Source: Nostoc sp. PCC 7120 = FACHB-418
GTDB lineage: Bacteria; Cyanobacteriota; Cyanobacteriia; Cyanobacteriales; Nostocaceae
DNA: 32,000 bases
Assembly: GCF_000009705.1 (NCBI RefSeq)
Contig: NC_003267.1
Location: 69,966 to 101,965, forward strand
Reading direction: 5' to 3'
Made by a program: the position numbers and the translations under genes. Below are positions 8,842 through 18,700 of the stretch, one piece after another (the stretch's first letter is position 1; each line of letters starts with the position of its first letter). The notes below the pieces were generated by a model, which ran no database searches, was not told the origin of the DNA, and saw nothing but the letters and a program-made list of their open reading frames with translations.

Positions 8842-9564
8842 ATGAGCAAGCAGATTCTCATGATTGTGGCCAACCCTTCCATTTCAACTACTTTGGGTGT
8901 GCCTGTCGGGTTTTGGGCATCAGAACTGATACATCCTTACGATGTATTTACAAAAGCTGGCTTGCAAGTATTTATTGCTAGTCCCCAAGGGGGCAAAGTG
9001 GAATTTGATAATTTCAGCGATCCTCGTGATGCTTCTGGTTATTCCCAAGATGACACACTGTCACTGGAGTATATTCAGCAACCCAAATTCATGCAATTAC
9101 TGGAAAATACACCTGCGATCGCCAGCCTCAACCCGGATGATTTTGATGCAATTGTGGTGTGCGGTGGGCAATCCCCTATGTTTACTTTTCGTCAAAACAC
9201 CGTTTTGGTGGATCTGTTTCTCAAATTTTACGCAGATCACAAACCCAGTGCAGCTTTATGTCACGGTACCTGTTTACTATTAGAAGCTAAGTTAAACAAT
9301 GGCTCACCTCTGATTCAAGGCAAAACAATGACGGGGTTTGCTAATAGCGAAGAAGATTATGCGGATCATGTCGTTGGTCAAAAAGTCATGCCATTTCGCA
9401 TTGAAGACGAAGCCAAAAAGTTAGGTGCTAACTTCGTCACTAAAGAAGCTTTTGCACCTCATGCTGTCAGAGATGGACATCTGATCACGGGACAACAACA
9501 GAACTCTGGGACAGAAACCGCCAAACTCGTCTTAGATGCGTTGGGGATTACAGGAGTCTCATAA
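8842..9564 (+). CDS. DJ-1/PfpI-family (type 1 glutamine amidotransferase-like) protein
   Basis: [12 protein letters not shown]...[11 protein letters not shown]...[10 protein letters not shown] (nucleophile-elbow Cys). The start at 8842 is preferred over the track start at 8815, which overlaps the divergent promoter. Confidence 0.8.
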   Translation: MSKQILMIVANPSISTTLGVPVGFWASELIHPYDVFTKAGLQVFIASPQGGKVEFDNFSDPRDASGYSQDDTLSLEYIQQPKFMQLLENTPAIASLNPDDFDAIVVCGGQSPMFTFRQNTVLVDLFLKFYADHKPSAALCHGTCLLLEAKLNNGSPLIQGKTMTGFANSEEDYADHVVGQKVMPFRIEDEAKKLGANFVTKEAFAPHAVRDGHLITGQQQNSGTETAKLVLDALGITGVS

Positions 9565-10199
9565 TGAAGATTGCATTTATCGGTATTGGACAAGTCGGTT
9601 CTGCATTAGCTAGTCAATTACTGTCGTTAGACCACACTGTAACTATTGCTGCACGCAACTCTAATTCAGATAGTGTCAAAACGGCTTTAGCTAAATATCC
9701 AGAACTACAAGTTTCTTCTCCCCAAGAGGCGATCGCTCAAGCTGAGGTGATTTTTCTAGCTACCCCGTTTACTGCTAATCAAGCAGCTTTAGCAGAAGTT
9801 GGGGATTTATCAGGCAAAATTCTGGTTGATTGCACTAATCCTGTAGGGGTAAATCTGACTCACGGACTCAAAAGTGAACAATCCGGTAGTGAACTTGTTC
9901 AAAGTTTTGTACCTCATGCCAAAGTAGTCAAAGCATTTACGATTTATGGCTTTGAAAACTTTGAACATAATACCTATCCTGGTTATGGCAACCTCAAACC
10001 TGCTATGTTAATTGCTGGGAATGATGTCCCCGCAAAGCAAGTTGTCTCTACTCTCTGCCAACAACTGGGTTGGGAAGCTGTTGATGTGGGCAATCTTTCT
10101 ATGAGTTTGCATCTAGAACACATGACTCTGCTGTGGATTAAAATGGCCAGAGTTCAAGGTCGGGGAGCTAATTTTGTGTGGGCGATGCTTCAGAGGTAA
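9564..10199 (+). CDS. NADPH-dependent F420 reductase-like NAD(P)-binding oxidoreductase
   Basis: Rossmann start [19 protein letters not shown]. The TAATG stop/start overlap with the upstream gene (9562-9566) indicates an operon. Confidence 0.7.
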   Translation: MKIAFIGIGQVGSALASQLLSLDHTVTIAARNSNSDSVKTALAKYPELQVSSPQEAIAQAEVIFLATPFTANQAALAEVGDLSGKILVDCTNPVGVNLTHGLKSEQSGSELVQSFVPHAKVVKAFTIYGFENFEHNTYPGYGNLKPAMLIAGNDVPAKQVVSTLCQQLGWEAVDVGNLSMSLHLEHMTLLWIKMARVQGRGANFVWAMLQR

Positions 10200-10247
10200 T
10201 TTTGAATTTTGAAATGTTTTGACAATCGTTCCCGCATGAATACCTCC

Positions 10248-12293
10248 TCAAGCCGACTGGCTTTGGGTTTGACTGGGAGCTAATCTCAGCATCACTTTGG
10301 CCTGTTTACCAAAACCCTGACTAAAAGCTGACTGAATTTCTGTGGAATTATAAACTTCTTTCAGCTTTAATTTCAGGTCAGGAACATTTTCAATCTCCAA
10401 AGAAATGTTCACGAATTTCGGTGTTGTCTCTACATGAAATAATCCCGCATTCTGACTCAAAAATTCGGCTGTTGTCACCGAACATTTAGCTAAGGATTTT
10501 TGCCATTCTTGGGCATATTTTCTTTGGAAATAAACATTCCCTAAATTTTCTTTAATTAACGGTGATTGCGGTTGTTGTTTTGGCACTGATTCTTTGCTAG
10601 TAGATCCCAGGGTTTGCGGCTTATCTGTTGTGCTTTTTATCCCTTGTGGATTATCTTGATTCTTTAATTTTCGTTGTTCAATAAAAGACAAAGCTAGCAG
10701 TCTATTTTTATGTCTATCTAGTGCTTCTTGATATAGCTCCCAAGCTTTTTTAGTAATTGCTAATTCAGTGGGTTCAATCATTTTTACTATTGCTCGCCAA
10801 TCTCCTAAAGTAAACTCTGACATTCTTTCGATAAAAGTCATGAATATAGCTTTGTAGATTTTGGCAGGTTGAGCATTTTTCAATCTCTGTTCGTACAACA
10901 TATCGTAGACCATTTCTAGTCTAGTTCCTGACACAGATAAGTCAATTTCTGTGAGGTCAATATTCAGGCTATGTCTGATGCGAATTCTGTAAGTTTTCTC
11001 CAGGATAGGTTCTGTAGTTTCTTTAGTCGTAAACTCAACTGCTTGACCGCAATTCGGGCAAATGGCTTCGTGGTGTTCAATCAGTAAACCGTCTTCACCG
11101 ATTTCTCCATCCACAATCGCTAGTTCATGAGACAGAGGTTTAAAAGCATGGGTGCAATGTGGGCATTGAATTAAACCCAAGGAACTTGAGGCGGTAAGAG
11201 TTTTGGCTTCTAAGCTCCATTGACGCTGCTCGTCTGGGAGTCCGTGCTTTTTCCAGTTGTCTGTTACGTCTATGATCACCGCCGTTGGTTTGAGTGTGTG
11301 TGTTCTCAACACCCTTCCTGTCATCTGAAGCCATAAGGTGGAGCTTTCTGTTGGACGCACACAGTAAATACACTCGATGTTGGGACAATCATATCCTTCT
11401 GTTAATATTTCGTAATTAGTAATTACTTGGGTTTCCCCACCACGGAATCGTTCTAAAATTTGAACTCTTAATTCTGGCGGAGTTTCCCCATCTAAATGTT
11501 CGGCTTTAATTCCATTACGGCGAAATTTTGCCGCCAACGCTCTACTATGTTCTAAACTACAGGCGAATATAACTGTCCGCAAGTTTTTTGCATATTTTAA
11601 GTAATTTTGAAATATTTCATCTACCCCGATTTGACTGGTGACAGCAACTGCTAGTTCCTTGGCTCTAAAATCCCCGCGAGACTTTTTTACCCCAATAGTA
11701 GAAATAGTTTGGTTGGTGGTAAATAATCTAAATTTACTTAAATATCCCTCTTTAATTAATGTTGATGTGGATATGCCTACTACTAAATCATCAAATAATT
11801 CTTGAAATCCTTGACCGTCGATTCTTTGGGGCGTGGCAGTTACACCCAATATCTGGGCTTCTTGATAATGTTCTATTAGCCTTCTATATGATGATGCGCT
11901 GCTGTGATGTGCTTCATCAAACAGTAATAGTCCGATGTTTAATGGTAGTTCTAATATATCTCTTCTGGCTAATGTTTGAATACTAGCTACTTGAATCCTC
12001 CGCTCTGGATGCGCCGCACATCCTCCTTTAATTATGCCTACTGGTTCCCCTACAATCTGTTCTAACTTTTCGGCGGCTTGAGTAATTAATTCAATGCGGT
12101 GGGCGATAACTAATACCTTTTGCTGTTTTTGAAAAAATTTCTGACAGATATGAGCAAAGCAGATGGTCTTACCTGCTCCTGTGGGTAACTGAGCCAGTAC
12201 CCTTCTATTTCCTCGTTTCCAAGAGTTCCAAATATCCTTTATCCATTGATGCTGATAATTTCTTAGTTCGTAGATGCAGGCTACTTTGGTCAT
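10248..12293 (-). CDS. SF2 DEAH-box helicase with zinc ribbon and extended C-terminal region (RadD-like architecture)
   Basis: Motif I is LPTGAGKT, motif II FDEAHH, motif III VTATP, motif VI QMTGRVLR. The zinc ribbon is CPHC...CPNC. About 230 further residues end in WQKSLAKCSVTTAEFL...VNISLEIENVPD...IQSAFSQGFGKQAKVMLRL. Confidence 0.85.
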   Translation of the reverse strand: MTKVACIYELRNYQHQWIKDIWNSWKRGNRRVLAQLPTGAGKTICFAHICQKFFQKQQKVLVIAHRIELITQAAEKLEQIVGEPVGIIKGGCAAHPERRIQVASIQTLARRDILELPLNIGLLLFDEAHHSSASSYRRLIEHYQEAQILGVTATPQRIDGQGFQELFDDLVVGISTSTLIKEGYLSKFRLFTTNQTISTIGVKKSRGDFRAKELAVAVTSQIGVDEIFQNYLKYAKNLRTVIFACSLEHSRALAAKFRRNGIKAEHLDGETPPELRVQILERFRGGETQVITNYEILTEGYDCPNIECIYCVRPTESSTLWLQMTGRVLRTHTLKPTAVIIDVTDNWKKHGLPDEQRQWSLEAKTLTASSSLGLIQCPHCTHAFKPLSHELAIVDGEIGEDGLLIEHHEAICPNCGQAVEFTTKETTEPILEKTYRIRIRHSLNIDLTEIDLSVSGTRLEMVYDMLYEQRLKNAQPAKIYKAIFMTFIERMSEFTLGDWRAIVKMIEPTELAITKKAWELYQEALDRHKNRLLALSFIEQRKLKNQDNPQGIKSTTDKPQTLGSTSKESVPKQQPQSPLIKENLGNVYFQRKYAQEWQKSLAKCSVTTAEFLSQNAGLFHVETTPKFVNISLEIENVPDLKLKLKEVYNSTEIQSAFSQGFGKQAKVMLRLAPSQTQSQSA

Positions 12294-12701
12294 AGCTTCA
12301 GAAATTAGTTGGATTTTTTACTTACACCAGGCTTGCTAGATTATAAAATTATTTGGACAAAATATAATAATAATAATTGATAAAATATTTATTATTCGTC
12401 AGCCTCCCTTGGAAAAGTTCCAGGTATTTTGAGAGGTTCTATTAGGCACAGACAAATACTATAAATAGACAATACTAACCGCATCCAATGATGAAAATTT
12501 GTCAACGGTTTTTTGATATAATTTTGCTCATTAATTAATCTAACTTTAGAAATAACAAATATCTATTGAAAATAACTTTCTTGAGTGGGGTAGCTGTTGG
12601 AGAGGGGACAGAAAACTAATAGCAGAACATTCCCATTCCACCAGACTCAAGAGCAACTTCCCGAACCCCTCCCTTCTTTGGTCACGCGCTTAGTACCATT
12701 C

Positions 12702-12730
12702 TTGACTGGATAATTACTTTATAGTACAAT
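12702..12730 (+). promoter_or_regulatory. near-consensus sigma70-type promoter TTGACT-17nt-TACAAT
   Basis: -35 TTGACT at 12702-12707, an exactly 17-nt spacer, and -10 TACAAT at 12725-12730. It points away from both flanking minus-strand genes. Confidence 0.4.
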
Positions 12731-12736
12731 TATACT

Positions 12737-12796
12737 AATAAGTACCTCCTTAGCTGGCCTAGTATCAAGCCCTACCTCTGAGTGGGGTTTATTTTT
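12737..12796 (+). ncRNA. candidate ~60-nt small RNA
   Basis: It lies between the promoter above and a + strand intrinsic terminator: stem 12770-12775/12782-12787 with one G.U pair, then TTTATTTTT. The 5' part contains ACCTCCTTA, which resembles the 16S anti-Shine-Dalgarno sequence. No ORF. Confidence 0.3.
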
Positions 12797-12925
12797 ATCA
12801 ATATCCTGATTGCCGACTAACAGTTACACCCAAGTCAACTACTAAAACTAGGTAAAAATCAATGCTTTGTTCATAACAATTGATGTTGTTGTCAATCTGT
12901 TTCTGTAGTTGATACTGATAACAGA

Positions 12926-13570
12926 TTATGATGCGTCAGATATTACTTGACCAATACGCTTGAGAATCTGCAAAATATTGTAGAGTTCTTTGACAGATGT
13001 AAACAAAGCAAACACCCGTGACAAGTCATATTGTGGTGTGCCTGCTTCTCGCTTTACTTTGATAAATAGAACATCGTCCCCATTCGTTACCATCCCAAAC
13101 ACAGGTTTATCTGGTTGAGGGTTAGCCATTAGATAAGCTAGGGCTTGCGGTACAGCCGACCAAATCGAAAGTGTGGTTTTTTTAGACTCTAATACCATCA
13201 CCCACAACTGATTTTGTAGTATCAAAACATCAATCCGACCACGCAGCACTTCCTCGCCATCATCCAGTACTAAATCCACAGATGATTCTGCTTTAATCCT
13301 GAATGGTGGATCGTAAAATCCAGACAGTGCTAGTAACGGCGACACCACTAGCAACATGACTGTTCCTTCTAATAAATCACCTTCACCACGGTGGTATAGA
13401 TATCTGCGTCGCAGTACATCCAGGGACGCTTTTTCTGCTTCCGTAATTTCGGGTAGTTCACTCTTCCACTCTGGGAAAAAATCCTCTGACTCAATGCGGA
13501 CTAAACCAAAGCGGGTTAGAGCTTCACTCAAACTGGTAATCGCTTCTGTGATTGCTGTTACCTGTGTCAT
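12926..13570 (-). CDS. PD-(D/E)XK nuclease-like protein (HsdR-N/restriction endonuclease-like fold)
   Basis: 214 aa. The catalytic-core pattern is GRIDVLILQNQLWVMVLESKK (D...E-x-K). It resembles a paralogous family abundant in filamentous cyanobacteria. Confidence 0.65.
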   Translation of the reverse strand: MTQVTAITEAITSLSEALTRFGLVRIESEDFFPEWKSELPEITEAEKASLDVLRRRYLYHRGEGDLLEGTVMLLVVSPLLALSGFYDPPFRIKAESSVDLVLDDGEEVLRGRIDVLILQNQLWVMVLESKKTTLSIWSAVPQALAYLMANPQPDKPVFGMVTNGDDVLFIKVKREAGTPQYDLSRVFALFTSVKELYNILQILKRIGQVISDAS

Positions 13571-13651
13571 TTTTTCTTCGCTGCTAGTGTTCGCTTCTGG
13601 CTGACGCTTTGTTTAACTGAATCGACTGGATTTCTCTTCATGTTTAATCTA

Positions 13652-13680
13652 ATTGTATTACTTTATTACATTCGGCTAAA
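13652..13680 (-). promoter_or_regulatory. promoter-like motif TTTAGC-17nt-TACAAT upstream of the PD-(D/E)XK gene
   Basis: On the minus strand, TTTAGC is at 13680-13675 and TACAAT at 13657-13652. The same 30-mer recurs (27/30) at 26555-26584. Confidence 0.35.
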
Positions 13681-14007
13681 TTTCTGGGCGATGAACTCCG
13701 GTTGATCGTAGACCATCGCTTTGCTGGCATCTATTGCCCGTCCCTGACACCACCTGCTTTAGACTCCCAGTTCTTCACTGAGTTGTTAACTGTCCATAAA
13801 GAGTCGCCTAATCTGGACAGTACGCTAAACCCTTAATGAATACCCAACCGCCAGACTCATCAGGTAATATGCGAGTGCAAGAAAGCTTTTAAGGGTAATT
13901 TTTCCGAAATGAGATAATGTAGTAATGTAGATTATTTTTGTAGTATAAGAGCGGGGAAAAAAGATGAGTGTCTTTCTAGCTGTCCGGGTTCTCTTCAAAC
14001 AAACCAA

Positions 14008-14118
14008 CACAAGGCGCACAGATTTGCATTCAGTCCTCCATTTACAGGAATGATACTCGAATTAACAGACACTAACTGCCTTCTGCTATAAAAAGTGTCC
14101 GCCTCTGTGCGCCTTGTG
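14008..14118. repeat. 15-bp perfect inverted repeat pair bracketing 81 nt upstream of rsgA
   Basis: CACAAGGCGCACAGA (14008-14022) and TCTGTGCGCCTTGTG (14104-14118). The right arm ends 32 nt before the rsgA ATG. Confidence 0.6.
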
Positions 14119-14150
14119 CATAGCAAGCAGCACACATCGAGGAAATATCA

Positions 14151-15212
14151 ATGAATTTGGATTTATTAGGCTGGAGTGACTTTTTTACTCACAGTTTCGT
14201 ACCCTATCGCCAACAAGGATTTAGCGTTGGTAGAGTTGCTATTGAATACAGAAATACTTACATCGTCTATAGCAAACAAGGCGAACTAGCAGCAAAAGTT
14301 ACAGGGAAACTGCGACATCAAGCTACTCAACCACAAGACTTTCCCGCAGTTGGAGACTGGGTAATCATTCAGACGCGAGAGTCAGAAGGATGTGCTACCA
14401 TTCACGGAATTTTGCCCAGAAAAAGTAAGTTTTCACGGAAAACAGTTGGTAGTAAAACCGAAGAACAAATTGTTGCAGCTAATGTTGACACCGTGTTCTT
14501 GGTTTGTGGACTTGATGGCGACTTTAACCCTAGAAGAATAGAACGCTATCTAATTTTGGCTTGGGAAAGTGGGGCAAATCCAGTCATCGTTTTAAATAAA
14601 GCTGACCTGTGCAACTCTTTAGATGAGTGTATATCTGAAGTGGAAGCTGTTGCCATTGGTGTACCAATTCTAGTATTAAGTGCTACCAACAATCAAGGAA
14701 TAGATACTTTGAAAGCATACCTCCAACCAGGACAAACAGTTGCTTTGTTAGGGTCTTCTGGTGTGGGTAAATCTACAATCACTAACCAACTCAAAGGTGC
14801 ATCAGTGCAAGCTGTGCAACCAGTGCGCCAAGGTGATGACCGAGGTAGACACACCACTACAAATCGAGAATTGATATTACTGCCAACAGGCGGTTTAATT
14901 GTTGATACCCCAGGAATGCGAGAAATTCAAATTTGGGCAGGTGATGAAAGTTTGCAAGAAACTTTTGCTGACATCGAAACCTTAGCCCCAGAATGTCGCT
15001 TTCGCAATTGCCAGCACCACAACGAACCCGGTTGTGCAGTGCAACAAGCATTACTTGAGGGTGAACTTGATTATTCCAGATTTCTGGGCTACCAAAAATT
15101 GCAAAAAGAACTTAACTATCTTGTCCGCAAACAAGAACAAAGGGCGCAATTAGCCCAGAAAGAACGCTGGAAGAAAATTCATAAAGCCATGCGAAATCAT
15201 CACCAGTATTAA
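14151..15212 (+). CDS. rsgA: ribosome small-subunit-dependent GTPase A (circularly permuted GTPase)
   Basis: G4 VLNKADL precedes G1 GSSGVGKST, which is the permuted order. G3 is DTPG. The C-terminal zinc knuckle is [14 protein letters not shown]. Confidence 0.9.
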
Positions 15213-15712
15213 CATCTGATCAGCTTTAATAACCCTGACTTCTTCAAGAAGTCGAGGTTCTAACCACTCTCATTTGACAACTGCCTACAGGCAATTTTTT
15301 TGAATCTCTGTATTGTTAGAGTGATATCCTCCTTTCACAGCAATACTTTCAGAGATTACGTGGCGGCTCATATCAGGCTCTCTACTTTCACCCCAACTTG
15401 TTTGAAAGCATAAGGTAAGTCAATTGCTCATCTTATGCTTTGAGTCATAACAGCAGCGATCACGCCTGAGAAGACAAAATAAGACATTATTGGCTGGTTT
15501 ACCCACTGCTGTTACTATATTGCACCCAACTGAGAACCGCTATATTAGTAATTTACTGCGATCACCTATTCAAAATTTAGGCGCGAAGCTCCACAAAGTC
15601 AAACTCATCGAAAGTCCAAATAACTCTTGTGAAATTTACTGCACAGATACAGAATCAAATGCTGTTAGTGCAGTTCAAAATCAACCAGTATTAGCAAGAA
15701 TTTAAAACTTGT

Positions 15713-15736
15713 AGAGACGCAAAATTTTGCGTCTCT
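15713..15736 (-). terminator. hairpin AGAGACGCAAAA/TTTTGCGTCTCT downstream of the inverse autotransporter gene
   Basis: Perfect 24-nt palindrome 21 nt after the stop at 15757. It belongs to the GAGACG...CGTCTC hairpin family. Confidence 0.6.
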
Positions 15737-15756
15737 CTGGTTTGAAAAATTAGGGA

Positions 15757-18700
15757 TTAGGGAGCAATAAAGACTTCACCGTCTTGGGTATTAGTTATCT
15801 GATTATCATTACTGATGGTTACATTAACACTACCAGAGCTAAAAATGGTAATACTAATACCATATCCCTGAATTTGATCAATTACATTGTTGGATAGTTC
15901 TACTGTTGAACCAGCAGCATCAAAAATTTCAAAGTTAATACCGTCAGTGAAATTGGCATCTCCAGCATCAGTATCCCTGATATTGCTAATTATGTTAGTA
16001 GCGATTTGGAAAGTAGCTGTACTAGTGCCATTGAGTTGGAAATTCATACCATCGCCATTGGTGATAGTATTGATAGTATTTCCAGCAGCAGTCACATTAC
16101 CAGCCACCACATTATCAAAAGCTTGGAGGTTAATACCTGATGATGTGATATCAGCATCTACCCCTGTAATTTGATTATTGTTGAGGCTAACACTGGTTAA
16201 GTTAGTATTTGCTCCTAACTGTACATCCATAGCAGTACCATTATTACTGATGGTGTTGTCATTAATTTGCAATGTGCCGATTGTATCAGATAAACTTACA
16301 CGAATATCATTAAAGTTCTCCGTCAGTTGATTGCTATTGACAGTTAAATTTGTTGTGCTTGAAGTGTTAGCGATCGCAATTCCATTATGATTGTTATTGC
16401 CATTAGCGATATTCTGGCTAACGCTGACTGTACCCGTCACTTCCGATAAGCTAATGCTTTCTTGTTGAGCATCAGTAATGGTATTGCTATCAACATTGAT
16501 AGTCCCATTAGCATTTTCTACTTGAATACCTTGCTCACCTGCATTTGTAATGTTGTTATTAATAACTTGGGCATTATTGACACCGTTTAAATTGATGCCA
16601 TCTCGAAAAGAATTACTAATGGTGTTCTGATCAACAGTTACAATGATTGTATTATCTGGAGTTTTGTTGAAAGCATTAATGCCAGTTCCTTGAATATCAG
16701 AGATATTATTTCTGGCAATATTTACAGTTGTATTGATATTAGTGTTGGAGTCAAAGTTATCAAAGAATTGTAAATCAATACCATTTCCTTCTGTAGTGAT
16801 TTGAGAAATAGTATTATCTGTAATATCAATACTCCCAGCATTATCACCACCAGCAAACTGCATATAAATACCATTACCCACAGGAACTTGGGAAATGTTG
16901 TTATTGGCAACTGTAATCTCAGCTTTGGCATTATCAAATACTTCTACATTGATGCCTTCAGTAAAGTTGAAGTCTCCAGGATCAGTATCTTGAATATTGC
17001 TAATTGTGTTACCTGCAATATTGAATGTAGCTGTACTGCTCCCATTGAGTTGGAAGTTCGTTCCATCCCCATTTGTCATATTGCTGATAGTATTATCGGA
17101 AACTTCAAAATCACCAATAGCAGCATTATCATAAGCCTGGAGATTGATACCTTGAGATGTAGTTGATGTAGCTGTACCTGTAATTTGGTTATTGTTAATA
17201 GTGGCGTTGGTGAGGTTGGTATTTTCTCCTAACTGCAAATCTATAGCAGTACCAGAATTCTCAATGATATTATTATTAATCTCGACTGTACCAGTCGTAT
17301 TAGATAAACTCACACGAATGTCATTAAAGTTTTCTGTTAGTGTATTGCCATTGACTAAGAGATTGCTTTCACCTTGAATATTAGTAATTGTAATGCCATT
17401 ATGATTGTTATTGCCATTAACAATATTCTGGCTAACGCTGACTGTACCCGTCACTTCCGATAAGCTAATGCTTTCTTGTTGAGCATCAGTAATGGTATTG
17501 CTATCAACATTGATAGTCCCATTAGCATTTTCTACTTGAATACCTTGCTCACCTGCATTTGTAATGTTGTTATTAATAACTTGGGCATTATTGACACCGT
17601 TTAAATTGATGCCATCTCCAGAAGAATTACTAATGGTGTTCTGATCAACAGTTACAATGATTGTATTATCTGGAGTTTCGTTGAAAGCATTAATGCCAGT
17701 TCCTTGAATATCAGAGATATTATTTCTGGCAATATTTACAGTTGTATTGATATTAGTGTTGGAGTCAAAGTTATCAAAGAATTGTAAATCAATACCATTT
17801 CCTTCTGTAGTGATTTGAGAAATAGTATTATCTGTAATATCAATACTCCCAGCATTATCACCACCAGCAAACTGCATATAAATACCATTACCCACAGGAA
17901 CTTGGGAAATGTTGTTATTGGCAACTGTAATCTCAGCTTTGGCATTATCAAATACTTCTACATTGATGCCTTCAGTAAAGTTGAAGTCTCCAGGATCAGT
18001 ATCTTGAATATTGCTAATTGTGTTACCTGCAATATTGAATGTAGCTGTACTGCTCCCATTGAGTTGGAAGTTCGTTCCATCCCCATTTGTCATATTGCTG
18101 ATAGTATTATCGGAAACTTCAAAATCACCAATAGCAGCATTATCATAAGCCTGGAGATGGATACCTTGAGATGTAGTTGATGTAGCTGTACCTGTAATTT
18201 GGTTATTGTTAATAGTGGCGTTGGTGAGGTTGGTATTTTCTACTAACTGCAAATCTATAGCTGTGCCATGATTGCTAATGATATTGTTGTTAATTTGTAA
18301 CGTACCAGTGGTAGTAGATAAATCTACTCGAATATCATTGAAGTTTTCCGACAAATTATTATTGGCAATTGTCAGATTTATATCACCTGTAGTATTAGCG
18401 ATATCAATGCCTGTACTATTATTGCTACCATTAATAGTGTTTTGATTAATAGTAGTTGTGCCTGTAACTTCGGTTAATTTTATAGCTTCTTGGTTATTAT
18501 CAGTTAAGGTGTTATCACTAATATTTATCGTGCCAGTAGAGTTTTCTATGAAAATACCTCGATTACCTGAATTAGTAATACTATTGTTAGTAATTGTAGG
18601 TGAAATTACTTGAGATAGCTGTATGCCGTCTCCAGTTGTATTACTGATGGTATTATTAGTAATACTGCTTGTATCACTGACATTTGTGAGCAAGATGCCT

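Noticed and set aside
13655-13671. The TGTA-N9-TACA palindrome in the duplicated promoter cassette, considered as an NtcA/CRP-family site.
   Set aside because: The NtcA consensus is GTA-N8-TAC, and both copies here have a spacing one nucleotide too long.
13825-14019. 64-aa minus-strand ORF in the rsgA upstream region.
   Set aside because: It is basic and hydrophobic, has no motif, and runs into the inverted-repeat arm. It is more likely non-coding.
16722-18180. Pairs of identical or near-identical 71-aa and 121-aa ORFs (16722-16937/17736-17951 and 16801-17166/17815-18180) that could look like a duplicated small-gene family.
   Set aside because: They are alternate-frame and antisense read-outs of the 1014-bp tandem duplication inside the autotransporter gene. 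They are useful only as evidence for that repeat.
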